IMG/VR virus record: IMGVR_UViG_3300029571_000009
Coordinates: 1 to 64,000 of that record
DNA: 64,000 nucleotides
From: a virus
Strand: one strand, 5' to 3'
Shown here in pieces: positions 19,525 through 29,087 of the stretch. Positions within the stretch are counted from its first letter, which is position 1. Each line of letters opens with the position of its first letter. The translations under genes were made by a program, and so were the position numbers. Below the pieces are notes generated by a model. The model had not been told where the DNA came from and did not search any database. It was given only the letters and a program-made list of their open reading frames with translations.

Positions 19525-20349
19525 CTACTTCACATATAAACTTTCATACACAATACTATCATTTGATTTACCAATAGTACGCTTAAAGCTGCTATTACCA
19601 CTAAGTAAATATTCGTGTCGTGTATATACATCTTCTGGAACATTCCATGTATTGTCTATATCCCCACTCTTACCATCGAATGATAAAGCATACTTGCAAG
19701 GTAAACTCCTCAAATAATTCCAAAACTTCTCATAATCAATTGTTCCATAATACATACCCTTTGTATTGGCATAAGGTGGATCAAGATACAAGAAGTCGTT
19801 ATCTGTTGGGTTAATATCTTCATAAGAACAACTGATAAACTCTACATTATTTTTCTTCAGCATATGACTCCACTCAAAAATAATCTTTTCAAAAGTTTCA
19901 GGAATAATACCATTTCTTGTTACATGAAAAGAATTATTAAATTCACCATCACGATTATATCTTGGCATACCATTAGTAGTAGTTCTCATAATGAACATAA
20001 AATCTAATGGATTATGTTCTTTATTGTATCGTTCTCTTACACTTGCAAAATATTCTTTTTTACGTTGTTTGTCATCATCAACATTTAACTCATTCCAGAG
20101 TTTCTTATAATAAAAATAAACTTCTAATGGATTATTGATAATCTCTTTCCATAAATCAATTAACCCGCTATTCAAATCACTACATACATAATGATTAACT
20201 TTGATGTCGCTATCTAATAATCTCCTTAATACAGACGCTCCACCACAAAACGGTTCATAATATGTATCAATTTCTTTTGGAAAGAATGTCAGTATCTTTT
20301 CTGCCTGACTTCTTTTACTTCCACTCCATTTAATTACTGGTTCGTACAT
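19525..20349 (-). CDS. DNA adenine methyltransferase, D12 (Dam) class
   Basis: IKWSGSKRS, EPFCGGASV and LDPPYAN motifs. Confidence 0.8.
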   Translation of the reverse strand: MYEPVIKWSGSKRSQAEKILTFFPKEIDTYYEPFCGGASVLRRLLDSDIKVNHYVCSDLNSGLIDLWKEIINNPLEVYFYYKKLWNELNVDDDKQRKKEYFASVRERYNKEHNPLDFMFIMRTTTNGMPRYNRDGEFNNSFHVTRNGIIPETFEKIIFEWSHMLKKNNVEFISCSYEDINPTDNDFLYLDPPYANTKGMYYGTIDYEKFWNYLRSLPCKYALSFDGKSGDIDNTWNVPEDVYTRHEYLLSGNSSFKRTIGKSNDSIVYESLYVK

Positions 20350-20426
20350 TTAATCTACTCAGAGCGAAATTTCTTTAAGGCTGCCACTCACTCCTTTCGT
20401 ATTTTGTTCACATATATATTTTCTAT

Positions 20427-20624
20427 TTATTCAACAAATCCAAGAATAATTTTTGCAATACACTTTGCATTATGAGAATCCATATCTTGAATAATCGCTT
20501 TTGCAAGATTGATATTATGATATTCTATAATTTCAATCTCTTCGTCTGTTGGATTATTACGATCTTCAATCGCTGAGTTAAACTTCTGACAAGTTGATAT
20601 AATATTTTCAAGCATATTTTTCAC
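20427..20624 (-). CDS. hypothetical protein
   Basis: 65 aa ORF. Confidence 0.35.
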   Translation of the reverse strand: MKNMLENIISTCQKFNSAIEDRNNPTDEEIEIIEYHNINLAKAIIQDMDSHNAKCIAKIILGFVE

Positions 20625-20660
20625 CTCGCTAACTTCAAATGAAAGATTTCTTTCAATGTA

Positions 20661-20858
20661 TTATTTGAATTCTATCTTATTTCTTTTTAATACCTTAACT
20701 GCCTTGTCATAATCAGTTTCAGCTACTTTGATGTTTTTCATCTTGGTAGGCTTTGGTTTTATCCAATAGCGACATTCTGTAATATCTTCGTCATACCACA
20801 TCAAACCACCTTCACAATATTTATGATACTGGCAGTCATTGTTACCACATCTACTCAT
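20661..20858 (-). CDS. hypothetical Cys-rich protein
   Basis: 65 aa, CGNNDCQYHKYC...C. Confidence 0.4.
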   Translation of the reverse strand: MSRCGNNDCQYHKYCEGGLMWYDEDITECRYWIKPKPTKMKNIKVAETDYDKAVKVLKRNKIEFK

Positions 20859-21705
20859 TTATATATTCTCTCACTCTCTTATTTCCAACCTCAAAAATTT
20901 CCTTATCTTTCTCAAAACATATGTAATTCCTATTTGTATTCATAGCTGCAATCGCAGTTGTACAACTTCCTGCACACGAATCAAGAACCAAATCACCTGG
21001 ATTTGTGTATGTCTTGATAAAATACTCACACGCTTCAACAGGCTTTTGGCACTGATGTAAGCTACTTTTCTGAGTATCCCATTTAAACTGCAAAACATCT
21101 CTTGGATATCTTTGTGTACTACCACCACCTGAAATACCAATCTTTGTAGCACCATAACAGTTACCATCTGTTGTATGTTTTGTATAAGAATGAACAGGCG
21201 TATGTCCTTCTGTCATTTGTGGATTGTAAGTAGGGAGTTTCTTATAGAAAATCAAGACATTTTCGTGTGCCTTCATAGGCATTTTCTTAGCGTTTAGATG
21301 ACCAGTTGCTTTGGTCTTTTCGATAATCCATTCATAGCGATATAGCTTTTCATTACTACAAGCGAGCCTCTTATCAAATGGTGACTGCGCCCATAATGCA
21401 ATACAACCATTATCTTTGATAATTCGATTGTAGTGAGTCCATAAACCATCTTTTTTGTTCTCATAAAACCAATCTCTTGTATATTCAAGACTGCTATCTA
21501 TTACTTGAGCTAACTCGAACAAATCTGTTTCATAAAAATATTGACCTGATAATTCCACATAATCATTTAACGGCATTTCACATTCCCAAGAATTATTAGT
21601 CGTATTATAAGGCAGATCCGTGAAGATGAAATCGACTGACTTATCATCAATCTTTTTCATACCTTCAAGACAGTCTTCGTTGTATATTTTGTTAATCTCT
21701 AACAT
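20851..21705 (-). CDS. DNA methyltransferase, N4/N6 beta class
   Basis: motif IV FTDLPY near the N-terminus and motif I VLDSCAGSCTTAIAA near the C-terminus. Confidence 0.7.
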   Translation of the reverse strand: MLEINKIYNEDCLEGMKKIDDKSVDFIFTDLPYNTTNNSWECEMPLNDYVELSGQYFYETDLFELAQVIDSSLEYTRDWFYENKKDGLWTHYNRIIKDNGCIALWAQSPFDKRLACSNEKLYRYEWIIEKTKATGHLNAKKMPMKAHENVLIFYKKLPTYNPQMTEGHTPVHSYTKHTTDGNCYGATKIGISGGGSTQRYPRDVLQFKWDTQKSSLHQCQKPVEACEYFIKTYTNPGDLVLDSCAGSCTTAIAAMNTNRNYICFEKDKEIFEVGNKRVREYINE

Positions 21706-21835
21706 TTCTTACTCAGAGCAAATCCAGATTTAATGCTGCAGCAAATCTCTCGCTCCTTTCATTGTATTAATTCTCTTAATAAATCTCTGTCCATTCACTA
21801 ATTTCTACTTTATTATCAGGATAACCAGACAAACT

Positions 21836-22216
21836 TCATTCATTATCGTTATATACTACTTTCCACATAGCATTTTCTCCATGTGGATTACCTTTAATTT
21901 TTCCATAATATAATCCCGAACATGGAGGTACTTCTTCGTCAACATTCTTCCAAATTGGCTTTTCATATACCTTATTAATGTCATCTACCGCTTTTGCCAA
22001 ATTCGTCATTGTATTTGTAAAATATTTTTCCTCTGTTTTAAGCATAGAATCAAAATAACTCTTCATAATGTCTAAAAGATTTTTTGTAAATTTTTCAGAT
22101 GTGTCATTCATTCCAAGTATGTAAGTATGATTAATCTTAAAAGAAATTCCAAGTCCAATAAGTGTTCCAACACAAAGTCCTAATAATCCAATTAATACCA
22201 TTAAACAAATATCCAT
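21836..22216 (-). CDS. membrane-anchored hypothetical protein
   Basis: N-terminal TM helix LMVLIGLLGLCVGTLIGLGI. Confidence 0.45.
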   Translation of the reverse strand: MDICLMVLIGLLGLCVGTLIGLGISFKINHTYILGMNDTSEKFTKNLLDIMKSYFDSMLKTEEKYFTNTMTNLAKAVDDINKVYEKPIWKNVDEEVPPCSGLYYGKIKGNPHGENAMWKVVYNDNE

Positions 22217-22287
22217 ATTTTACCTCTCTTTCTTATCATCCGAAGGAAACTTCGGTTTACTGTGTCTTTTGTAATATCATTTATTTA

Positions 22288-22647
22288 CTATGGTAAGTCA
22301 ACAATATTGTATCTAACAGTACCATCGTCATATTTCTTGGTTTCTAATATTCCATCAACATATTCTCCAATTTTGTCTGAATATTTGTTATATGTATTAC
22401 TACCAGAAATATTATATTCTACACTGTTATATTCAACAGTAATTCTATAAACTGCTGAATGCGATTGTGGCATCATCGTTTTAGTCGCAGGATTATAATG
22501 CATTGTTGTATAAGCAGCCCTGTGATATTCGTCTGTTATTTTTACTTGAACCGTAGATGTTTCGGTGCTAATGCATTTTGCACAGCCGGTTAATATAAAC
22601 ATAAATGCTAATAGTAAAGCCAAACTATATAAAATTTTCTTCTTCAT
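22288..22647 (-). CDS. putative lipoprotein
   Basis: signal peptide with lipobox LTGC. Confidence 0.5.
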   Translation of the reverse strand: MKKKILYSLALLLAFMFILTGCAKCISTETSTVQVKITDEYHRAAYTTMHYNPATKTMMPQSHSAVYRITVEYNSVEYNISGSNTYNKYSDKIGEYVDGILETKKYDDGTVRYNIVDLP

Positions 22648-22807
22648 ATGGTTTATTCGACCTCCTTTAACACAAGAATTGCTTTATAGTATCTACTATT
22701 ACATGAGCTGGACTCTACTTTATATCCAGCATCTAAATAATCATCCATAGCATTCTCAAAATCATTGCTATTTTCCATTTCTAAAATTACACATTTCTTC
22801 ATATGGC

Positions 22808-23068
22808 TTATTCTCCTTTACTATATCCAGTCTCTTCAAGGAATTTATCAAATTCCTCTTTTTTCATACAGTTTGGATAATACATATCTACCACCATATC
22901 AAACGGCTTTAAATAATTATCCAATACATCTTCAGCATTCTCTTTTGCTTCCTGCATTTTCATATTGATATAATCTTCTCTCGTCATATTCCATGCTGTA
23001 GGACAATCCGTGACACTCGAAAATCTACAATATAATCCATTCGGTTGTTTTGATATAAATCCTGCCAT
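22808..23068 (-). CDS. hypothetical protein
   Basis: 86 aa ORF. Confidence 0.4.
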   Translation of the reverse strand: MAGFISKQPNGLYCRFSSVTDCPTAWNMTREDYINMKMQEAKENAEDVLDNYLKPFDMVVDMYYPNCMKKEEFDKFLEETGYSKGE

Positions 23069-23069
23069 A

Positions 23070-23753
23070 TTATTCTCCTAATTCTTTTAGTGCATTAACA
23101 AGTTCAGCGAGTCTTGGATTCTCAGGATGCTCCTTTGCCATCTTTTCATATAAAGCAATATTATTCATCTTTTCAATCTCAGACTTTAGCTCCTCCTCAA
23201 TAGAGGCTTTTTGCTTTGCAATTTCTTTCTGACGATTTTCCTCGTCAGTTCTTGCATTGTATGCGTTCATATTAACTACACCAACAACCTGAGCTGTCAC
23301 ACCTTTTCCATACTCTTCGACTGTCTTAATTTCTTTTAAAATTCCAAGAACTCTATTGCCTTTCCCTCTTGCATTTACAACCAGATACAACGGATGATTG
23401 GTATCATACTTAAGAATTTCATTAATATCTTTATCATATAAAGCAAATCCATAATCTTTCTTATTGTAATCATCTACCAAATTTACAATCGCCACTTTAC
23501 TAAATCCTGTCATTTTATTATCCTCACTTTCATCTCTAATAATATTCAATTCACTTCTACTGAACCAATATAATCCATTGGAACTTGCTGCATTATACAT
23601 TCCGTCAATCTGAACAGCTATTGATCCGTTTGTAGTTTTAATAACTTGTCCATATAGCCCAACAATGTTTTCTTCTCTGTATTTTCTTTTATCAGTATAT
23701 GTAACTTTTACTCGTTGATTTTGATATTCTTCATAATCGTAAATCTTGCTCAT
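23070..23753 (-). CDS. hypothetical protein with C-terminal coiled coil
   Basis: 227 aa ORF. Confidence 0.5.
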   Translation of the reverse strand: MSKIYDYEEYQNQRVKVTYTDKRKYREENIVGLYGQVIKTTNGSIAVQIDGMYNAASSNGLYWFSRSELNIIRDESEDNKMTGFSKVAIVNLVDDYNKKDYGFALYDKDINEILKYDTNHPLYLVVNARGKGNRVLGILKEIKTVEEYGKGVTAQVVGVVNMNAYNARTDEENRQKEIAKQKASIEEELKSEIEKMNNIALYEKMAKEHPENPRLAELVNALKELGE

Positions 23754-23767
23754 CGCATCACCTCCTG

Positions 23768-24004
23768 TTAATATATTCTCGTATCATTTACAATTTTTTG
23801 ACAATTTTCAATTACCCTACAAATCAATCTCTTTCCATTATCACTAAAATAATCATTATTTTTCTGTTGATTATAGTAATCTTCAAGTTTATTGTTAGCA
23901 GATTTTAACCTTCGAGATATATTAGCATAGTCGCACTTATTATCACATTCCGATGAATATTCTTTATTGTATCTTAATTTACATTCCATACATGGACTGT
24001 ACAT
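23768..24004 (-). CDS. hypothetical Cys-rich protein
   Basis: 78 aa, CMECK...CDNKCDY. Confidence 0.4.
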   Translation of the reverse strand: MYSPCMECKLRYNKEYSSECDNKCDYANISRRLKSANNKLEDYYNQQKNNDYFSDNGKRLICRVIENCQKIVNDTRIY

Positions 24005-24022
24005 TTTGCACCTCCTGTTAAT

Positions 24023-24217
24023 TTATTCTCCTAATCCATATCTTCTTAACCATTCTTTTTTGCTTAATGTGGTTACACCACGTTTCTTTTGTTGCTTCCA
24101 TACCTTGATAGCATATTCTTTTGTCATTCCTGGCACTGGATAATGTATTACGGATTTTGAGATTGTATATGGTTTTCCTATAGAAGCCATCTTCAACAAA
24201 TCTAATAAGTTAGTCAT
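24023..24217 (-). CDS. hypothetical protein
   Basis: 64 aa ORF. Confidence 0.35.
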   Translation of the reverse strand: MTNLLDLLKMASIGKPYTISKSVIHYPVPGMTKEYAIKVWKQQKKRGVTTLSKKEWLRRYGLGE

Positions 24218-24229
24218 AAATATAGCCTC

Positions 24230-24559
24230 CTAATCCTCAATATAATTTATTTCTTCCAAAATTGAACTTCCTATAACATATAGTTTCTTTGAAATTATCC
24301 TTGTTACTCTTTTAAGGAATTCTTTATGAAGTTCATTCTCTTGCTCATACACAACCATTTTTTGATTCCCATTTCTATGACAGCAAGCATATGTTCCTTC
24401 CTCATACTCAGCTCCATAATAATAAAAATACAGATTGTATTTATGATTATGTTTACTAAATAACCACGGATGAAGCGTTGCAATAGTTATATAGTTATTT
24501 CCGATTTTTATTCTAAAATCATAATGTGACTTATTTTGTACGATTTTCAAAAACTTCAC
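24230..24559 (-). CDS. hypothetical protein
   Basis: 109 aa ORF. Confidence 0.45.
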   Translation of the reverse strand: MKFLKIVQNKSHYDFRIKIGNNYITIATLHPWLFSKHNHKYNLYFYYYGAEYEEGTYACCHRNGNQKMVVYEQENELHKEFLKRVTRIISKKLYVIGSSILEEINYIED

Positions 24560-24826
24560 CTCTTTTCATATTAAGAGTACATTCATTTCTATACTCTATG
24601 AGAGCATACTTGTTCCTTATCATTACATGTTAGGATCGAGGTTTATTCCAAGGCATTATATTCTCAAATGAGTTTCAGCCTATACGCTCATCGGTTGACT
24701 GACTTGTTAATTTCAGCCTTCACCTTTACTTTTTCACCATCTCAGGTTTTCAGTTCGTTTTACCTCATTTATATATTCTCTGCTAGAGCAGAAGAAATCT
24801 ATGATTCTTGTTCTTCTACAACCTTA

Positions 24827-25330
24827 TTATTTTATGTCATCTCTTTCATAAAAACATAAAAGCTCCGCAGCATGATTCCTTTGAATAGTAAGATTATCTA
24901 CTTCCTCCTTTAGTTCTTTATTCTTTTTTTCAAGTTCGGCTATTCTATTTCTCAACACATCTTCTGTTAAAAACTTCTGAGTTCCAATTTGCTTATAATC
25001 AAACGGAACAGATTTAACAGAATAATTGCTGATATAATCTGTTGTCCCATCGGTATATGTAATAGTTGGCTCAAAAAATCCACGATTCTTACAATTGTCA
25101 CAATGGCAGATAGATGAAATATACCCAATCTTGCCATCATTGTTTTCTACAAAATCACCTTCATGAAATTGAATGTCTGTTATATTATTCTCTTTAGGAA
25201 TAACTGGCTCTCTAAATATAAGTTTTAAATATCCTTCACCTACATTTTCTTCACCGATAAACGTATAACCACGATCTTCGTATTTTTTAACTGTTTCTTT
25301 TGCTTTGCATATCTTTACGCCAACAGTCAT
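24827..25330 (-). CDS. hypothetical protein with C-terminal coiled coil
   Basis: 167 aa ORF. Confidence 0.5.
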   Translation of the reverse strand: MTVGVKICKAKETVKKYEDRGYTFIGEENVGEGYLKLIFREPVIPKENNITDIQFHEGDFVENNDGKIGYISSICHCDNCKNRGFFEPTITYTDGTTDYISNYSVKSVPFDYKQIGTQKFLTEDVLRNRIAELEKKNKELKEEVDNLTIQRNHAAELLCFYERDDIK

Positions 25331-25398
25331 CTATTCATTCTCCTTTTTCTTTGTTTTTGTATATATTTATTCTCTGAAAATCAAAAAGAAATTCCGCT

Positions 25399-26124
25399 TT
25401 ACTTGGAATTTTTATTTTTATACATAAACAGCTTTTCTCTTCGAAAATCCTTAATGTTATTACATTCTCTATTGCTGTCAAATGTAATCTTAACTTGTTT
25501 CTCCCAAATGCAATCAAAGTCATCTGGCATTGAATATTCACTTATAATGACAACATTATCTTTAGACATTTCTCTACACCATTGATAAAATTGTTCATAT
25601 GGAAATTCACCTGTTTTGTATTTGGTTGTATTTTTATACGGTGGATCACAATATATTACATACCCATGTAAATTAGAATAATCTAAAAATGAAGCTGTTC
25701 TAAAATGGATATCTTTAAGATTTGGAGCTTGCTTCATGCATGATTTGTAAGAATAAATATCTCCCCGATGTTTAGCATCATCACGCTTTGCATAACCACC
25801 AAACCACTTTGCTCCAAAACTAAGTTCATATCCTATATACCCTGTTATAAAATCAGAATATTTGTCAGGATTATTTTTTACATCAATATAAAATTCTTTC
25901 GATACTTCTTTTGGTGGTTCAATTCCTTGCTGCAAACCAATAAGTACAGAAATTACATATTTATCAATATCGCTTCCTATCTTATTGTCACATTCAATTT
26001 TATCAATAATATTTGCACCACCTACGAATGGTTCTAAATAACCATTGCATCCCTTGTCTATATAATTCTGTATAATCGGTACAATTTGTTTTGATAACCG
26101 ATTTTTGCTTCCCATGTAAATCAT
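25399..26124 (-). CDS. DNA adenine methyltransferase, D12 (Dam) class
   Basis: MIYMGSKNRL, EPFVGGAN and CDPPYKNT motifs. Confidence 0.8.
   Translation of the reverse strand: MIYMGSKNRLSKQIVPIIQNYIDKGCNGYLEPFVGGANIIDKIECDNKIGSDIDKYVISVLIGLQQGIEPPKEVSKEFYIDVKNNPDKYSDFITGYIGYELSFGAKWFGGYAKRDDAKHRGDIYSYKSCMKQAPNLKDIHFRTASFLDYSNLHGYVIYCDPPYKNTTKYKTGEFPYEQFYQWCREMSKDNVVIISEYSMPDDFDCIWEKQVKITFDSNRECNNIKDFRREKLFMYKNKNSK
25408..25428 (-). promoter_or_regulatory. variant copy of conserved intergenic motif (TTGGAATTTTTATTTTT)
   Basis: motif-like sequence between the start of 24827..25330 and the stop of the Dam gene. Confidence 0.25.
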
Positions 26125-26181
26125 TATGTATCAGGAGTAAACGCTGCGTTTTCGGTATACCAAACCTCTTACTCCTTTCTT

Positions 26182-27105
26182 TTATTCTCTTAACCCACTC
26201 AAAATCCATTCAATAGTAGGTTCATTCCATCCATTGCCCATCAAACTACATCTTTTTGAGTATGATAACCAACGATTGTTAAGCTGAATTTTTGTAAAAT
26301 TATCAGGCAATCCCTGTAATCTTTCATATTCAACTTCTGTAAGTTTTCGTGGTCTACCACTATCTAATACTTTCTTTTCGTGATATCCACCATTGATACA
26401 AGTCAATGTGCAGCACTTAAAATCTGGATTATAAATTCTTCTATTCATTTCCATAGAATTAACTTTTAACTCTGCGCATACACGTTTGTTCATATCCAAG
26501 ATTTCAAAATCTTTCTTATAGAAATATTTCTCATCTACACTATTCTCCATAATATCTTTCAAAACTAATGGAGATTCATCAGGTAATTTACCTAATGGTA
26601 TGTTTGTCCAATAATATCTTTCACGATTTTGAGACGAAAATCTTCCTGAATCAATCAAAATAGGTTCTACACCAATACATTCTGTCATTGTCTTCAGATC
26701 TTCGTCACAACTTGGTATTACATTCTCAAACATGAAATATTTGGGCTGAATTGCCCTAAGACACTCAATTGCTTTAAAGAAAATTCCTGACTTACCATCA
26801 AGACCATTATTGACCTCTTTGCTTTCAATTCGTACTCTTGAAATTGACTGGCAACAAGTTCCTGCCAACAGTAAATCAAATCCTTTGAACTGTTCAAAAT
26901 CCGCTTCATATAAATCGCCATGATGTACCACAAACGGAAAATGGTACTGAGAAACTGCTATGGCTTCTGGCAAAATTTCATATGTATGATATTCTCTTAT
27001 AGGTATTCCGAGCTGCTGTAACGCATACAATCCTGTTTCAACGCCACCACATAAACTTAACACTCGTAGCCCCTTGAGAATTATTTTTTCATTATTCTCT
27101 GTCAA
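26182..27105 (-). CDS. DNA (cytosine-5) methyltransferase with variant motif IV
   Basis: motif I VLSLCGGVETG, motif IV AGTCCQSIS (canonical GPPCQ), motif VI FMFENV, motif X MGNGW. Confidence 0.7.
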   Translation of the reverse strand: MTENNEKIILKGLRVLSLCGGVETGLYALQQLGIPIREYHTYEILPEAIAVSQYHFPFVVHHGDLYEADFEQFKGFDLLLAGTCCQSISRVRIESKEVNNGLDGKSGIFFKAIECLRAIQPKYFMFENVIPSCDEDLKTMTECIGVEPILIDSGRFSSQNRERYYWTNIPLGKLPDESPLVLKDIMENSVDEKYFYKKDFEILDMNKRVCAELKVNSMEMNRRIYNPDFKCCTLTCINGGYHEKKVLDSGRPRKLTEVEYERLQGLPDNFTKIQLNNRWLSYSKRCSLMGNGWNEPTIEWILSGLRE

Positions 27106-27253
27106 AATACACTATTTTACAGAGGTTATATAACCATAATTACCTAGGAGTTACTGCTTAATTCCTTTCTTCTTGATTATTTTGTTGTAAAATCCTATGG
27201 AATTTGCACGTCTGCAAAAACCATAAGAAAAAAATATTTCTTGTTACTTTTAT

Positions 27254-27275
27254 TTGGAAATTTTGGCTGAATTGC
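27254..27275 (-). promoter_or_regulatory. copy of conserved intergenic motif (TTTGGAAATTTTGGCTGAATTG), upstream of the C5-MTase gene
   Basis: motif match. Confidence 0.35.
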
Positions 27276-27306
27276 CAAGATAGAAATTTCTATATATGAT
27301 TATTCT

Positions 27307-27597
27307 CTACATACTTTCTAATAAAACTGTTTCCAGTTCGATAGAACCCCAATTATTATTTGGTTTAATATAAGCAATTGATAAAACAGAACACTCATAG
27401 CCAGGAGAATCAAATGCGTCCGTAACATCCAGCTTAAAAGAAATGTTCTTTTTAGTCAATTCCTGCTTCAGCTCGTCAACAACATCATAATAATTTTCTT
27501 CATCTTCTCTGTAACGATGATAATATTCATGTTCTTCATCAAAATACTTGTCCAAAATTTCTTCTATAATATCCATCCTTTTCACCTCACAATCCAA
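27307..27597 (-). CDS. hypothetical acidic protein
   Basis: 96 aa ORF. Confidence 0.45.
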   Translation of the reverse strand: MDCEVKRMDIIEEILDKYFDEEHEYYHRYREDEENYYDVVDELKQELTKKNISFKLDVTDAFDSPGYECSVLSIAYIKPNNNWGSIELETVLLESM

Positions 27598-27615
27598 AGA
27601 AAGAGAATTTTAATC

Positions 27616-27993
27616 CTAAAATGCAGTACCACTCTCACCCTGATTAATTTCTTTACACTTCTGATCACACTCTTCCAATGTCTTAAACAAAGAAGTCTCT
27701 CCTCTATTTCTTACATTTACATATTCTCCAACAGAATTAACTTTATATTTAATTGTGGTTACATCATTCCAAATACTAGCCACAATTCTTCTAATTTTAA
27801 CTTTATGAGGTACAACCACTGTCTGTTTACATACAATCTTCCCTGTTGTATTACACTGTTTACATGGAATTTCATATCCGTTGTAAAGAATCTTCTTTGT
27901 TCCTTTACATATTGGACAAATAATTTCTACATTTTCTCTTGCGTATGTATAACATTCTTCCCCAATTTCAAACTTATTGTCTATTGTTTTCAT
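27616..27993 (-). CDS. zinc-ribbon protein
   Basis: CPICKGT...CKQC motifs; start trimmed to the ATG at 27993, which has an AGGAGG RBS, because the longer ORF would overlap the tRNA-Lys. Confidence 0.55.
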   Translation of the reverse strand: MKTIDNKFEIGEECYTYARENVEIICPICKGTKKILYNGYEIPCKQCNTTGKIVCKQTVVVPHKVKIRRIVASIWNDVTTIKYKVNSVGEYVNVRNRGETSLFKTLEECDQKCKEINQGESGTAF

Positions 27994-28022
27994 TTTAAAA
28001 TACCTCCTAATATAATAAATAA

Positions 28023-28095
28023 TGTGCCATACGAGGTTTGAACTCGTAACATCTTGATTAAAAGTCAAGTGCTCTACCTATTGAGATAATGGCAC
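28023..28095 (-). tRNA. tRNA-Lys(UUU)
   Basis: hand-folded cloverleaf: acceptor GTGCCAT/ATGGCAC, anticodon stem CTTGA/TCAAG with loop CTTTTAA, T-arm ACGAG-TTCAAAC-CTCGT, D-loop AATAGGTA; U10-C25 mismatch in the D-stem; no encoded CCA. Confidence 0.7.
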
Positions 28096-28099
28096 ACAG

Positions 28100-28171
28100 C
28101 TAGGATGGTGGGATTCGAACCACGAATGTCAGAATCAAAATCTGATGTGTTGACCACTTCACCACATCCCA
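28100..28171 (-). tRNA. tRNA-Gln(UUG), atypical T-arm
   Basis: acceptor TGGGATG/CATCCTA with one G-U pair; anticodon stem TCAGA/TCTGA with loop TTTTGAT; D-loop AGTGGTCAA; T-arm folds only as a 4 bp stem with an 8 nt loop (GTGG-TTCGAATC-CCAC); 4 nt from the tRNA-Lys. Confidence 0.5.
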
Positions 28172-28172
28172 T

Positions 28173-28200
28173 TAGTAAGGTGTGAGTTATATCACACCTT
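28173..28200. other. perfect hairpin AAGGTGTGA-GTTATA-TCACACCTT between the SPFH gene and the tRNAs
   Basis: 9 bp inverted repeat read directly; A/T-rich flank follows on the plus strand. Confidence 0.5.
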
Positions 28201-28217
28201 TTAATTAATATTAATAA

Positions 28218-29087
28218 TTACTTATCTGTTACAACTGTATTGTTAGTTCCAGAAATAGTAACCCAACCAAATTTATTTCTTGCTTCGGCTTCCTTCATTC
28301 TTATAAGCTCATCTGTAATAGAAGAACTTAACTTATTATTCGCCTCTGCCTGTGCTTTAGCTTCGATTAACTGTGCATCAGCCTTTGCTTGTGCTTCTGC
28401 CTTAGTTACTTCTGCATCAGCCTTTGCCTTATTAATAGCTGTCTGATTATTAATTTCCTGAGTTTCGGCTGCCTGCTGTGCTGTAATCTTTGCATTAATA
28501 GCTTCCATCGTATTTTCATCTACAGTAATATTAATAAGAGATACATTTGTAATATTAATTCCATATGTAGAAAATCTTTTATTAAGATAATCTGTTAATG
28601 CTGCATTAACATTTGCTCTTTCAGAACCGAGAATATCAGATACTTTATACTGCGCCACGACTTCTTTTGTCCAAGAAATGATATTAGGCTTAATAAAACT
28701 ATCTCTTACTTCCTTACCAGATTGTCCTCTAAACCTTGTAAATAAATCAGCGACCTTTTCAGTGTTGTACTGATATGTAAATGTTAAATCTAATGTCATA
28801 GCCTTACCTTCAGATGAACTAGCTGAAAAACTATCATCATCTTTAGAGTCTCCGTCCTTACCTGCTGTAAGATATGACTGTTCTAAGCTTACAGAATATA
28901 ATGTAGTCTTTACTGTGGGTGACTTGAAATGCCATCCCTGTGTTAATACGTCACCTTTGATTCCACCCGACATACTGTACTGGATTGCAACATATCCCGC
29001 TGGAACACGAACTGTTGACTTAAATAAAATTATTGCTAAAAATAGTATCACTATGGCAGATACAACGCCACCTACAACTTTCTTCAT
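28218..29087 (-). CDS. SPFH/band-7 (prohibitin/HflC-like) membrane protein
   Basis: N-terminal TM helix, SPFH-like core VRVPAGYVAIQYSMSGG, C-terminal Ala/Glu/Gln-rich coiled coil. Confidence 0.7.
   Translation of the reverse strand: MKKVVGGVVSAIVILFLAIILFKSTVRVPAGYVAIQYSMSGGIKGDVLTQGWHFKSPTVKTTLYSVSLEQSYLTAGKDGDSKDDDSFSASSSEGKAMTLDLTFTYQYNTEKVADLFTRFRGQSGKEVRDSFIKPNIISWTKEVVAQYKVSDILGSERANVNAALTDYLNKRFSTYGINITNVSLINITVDENTMEAINAKITAQQAAETQEINNQTAINKAKADAEVTKAEAQAKADAQLIEAKAQAEANNKLSSSITDELIRMKEAEARNKFGWVTISGTNNTVVTDK

Noticed and set aside
25335-25541. 68-aa ORF overlapping the 3' end of the Dam gene 25399..26124
   Set aside because: Out-of-frame overlap with a well-supported MTase gene and no RBS.
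28100-28171. Reading the GGATTCGAACC element as a plus-strand tRNA
   Set aside because: The T-loop consensus is nearly self-complementary, so orientation is ambiguous from the loop alone. Only the minus-strand reading gives a paired acceptor stem, a D-loop with GG, and an anticodon stem-loop.
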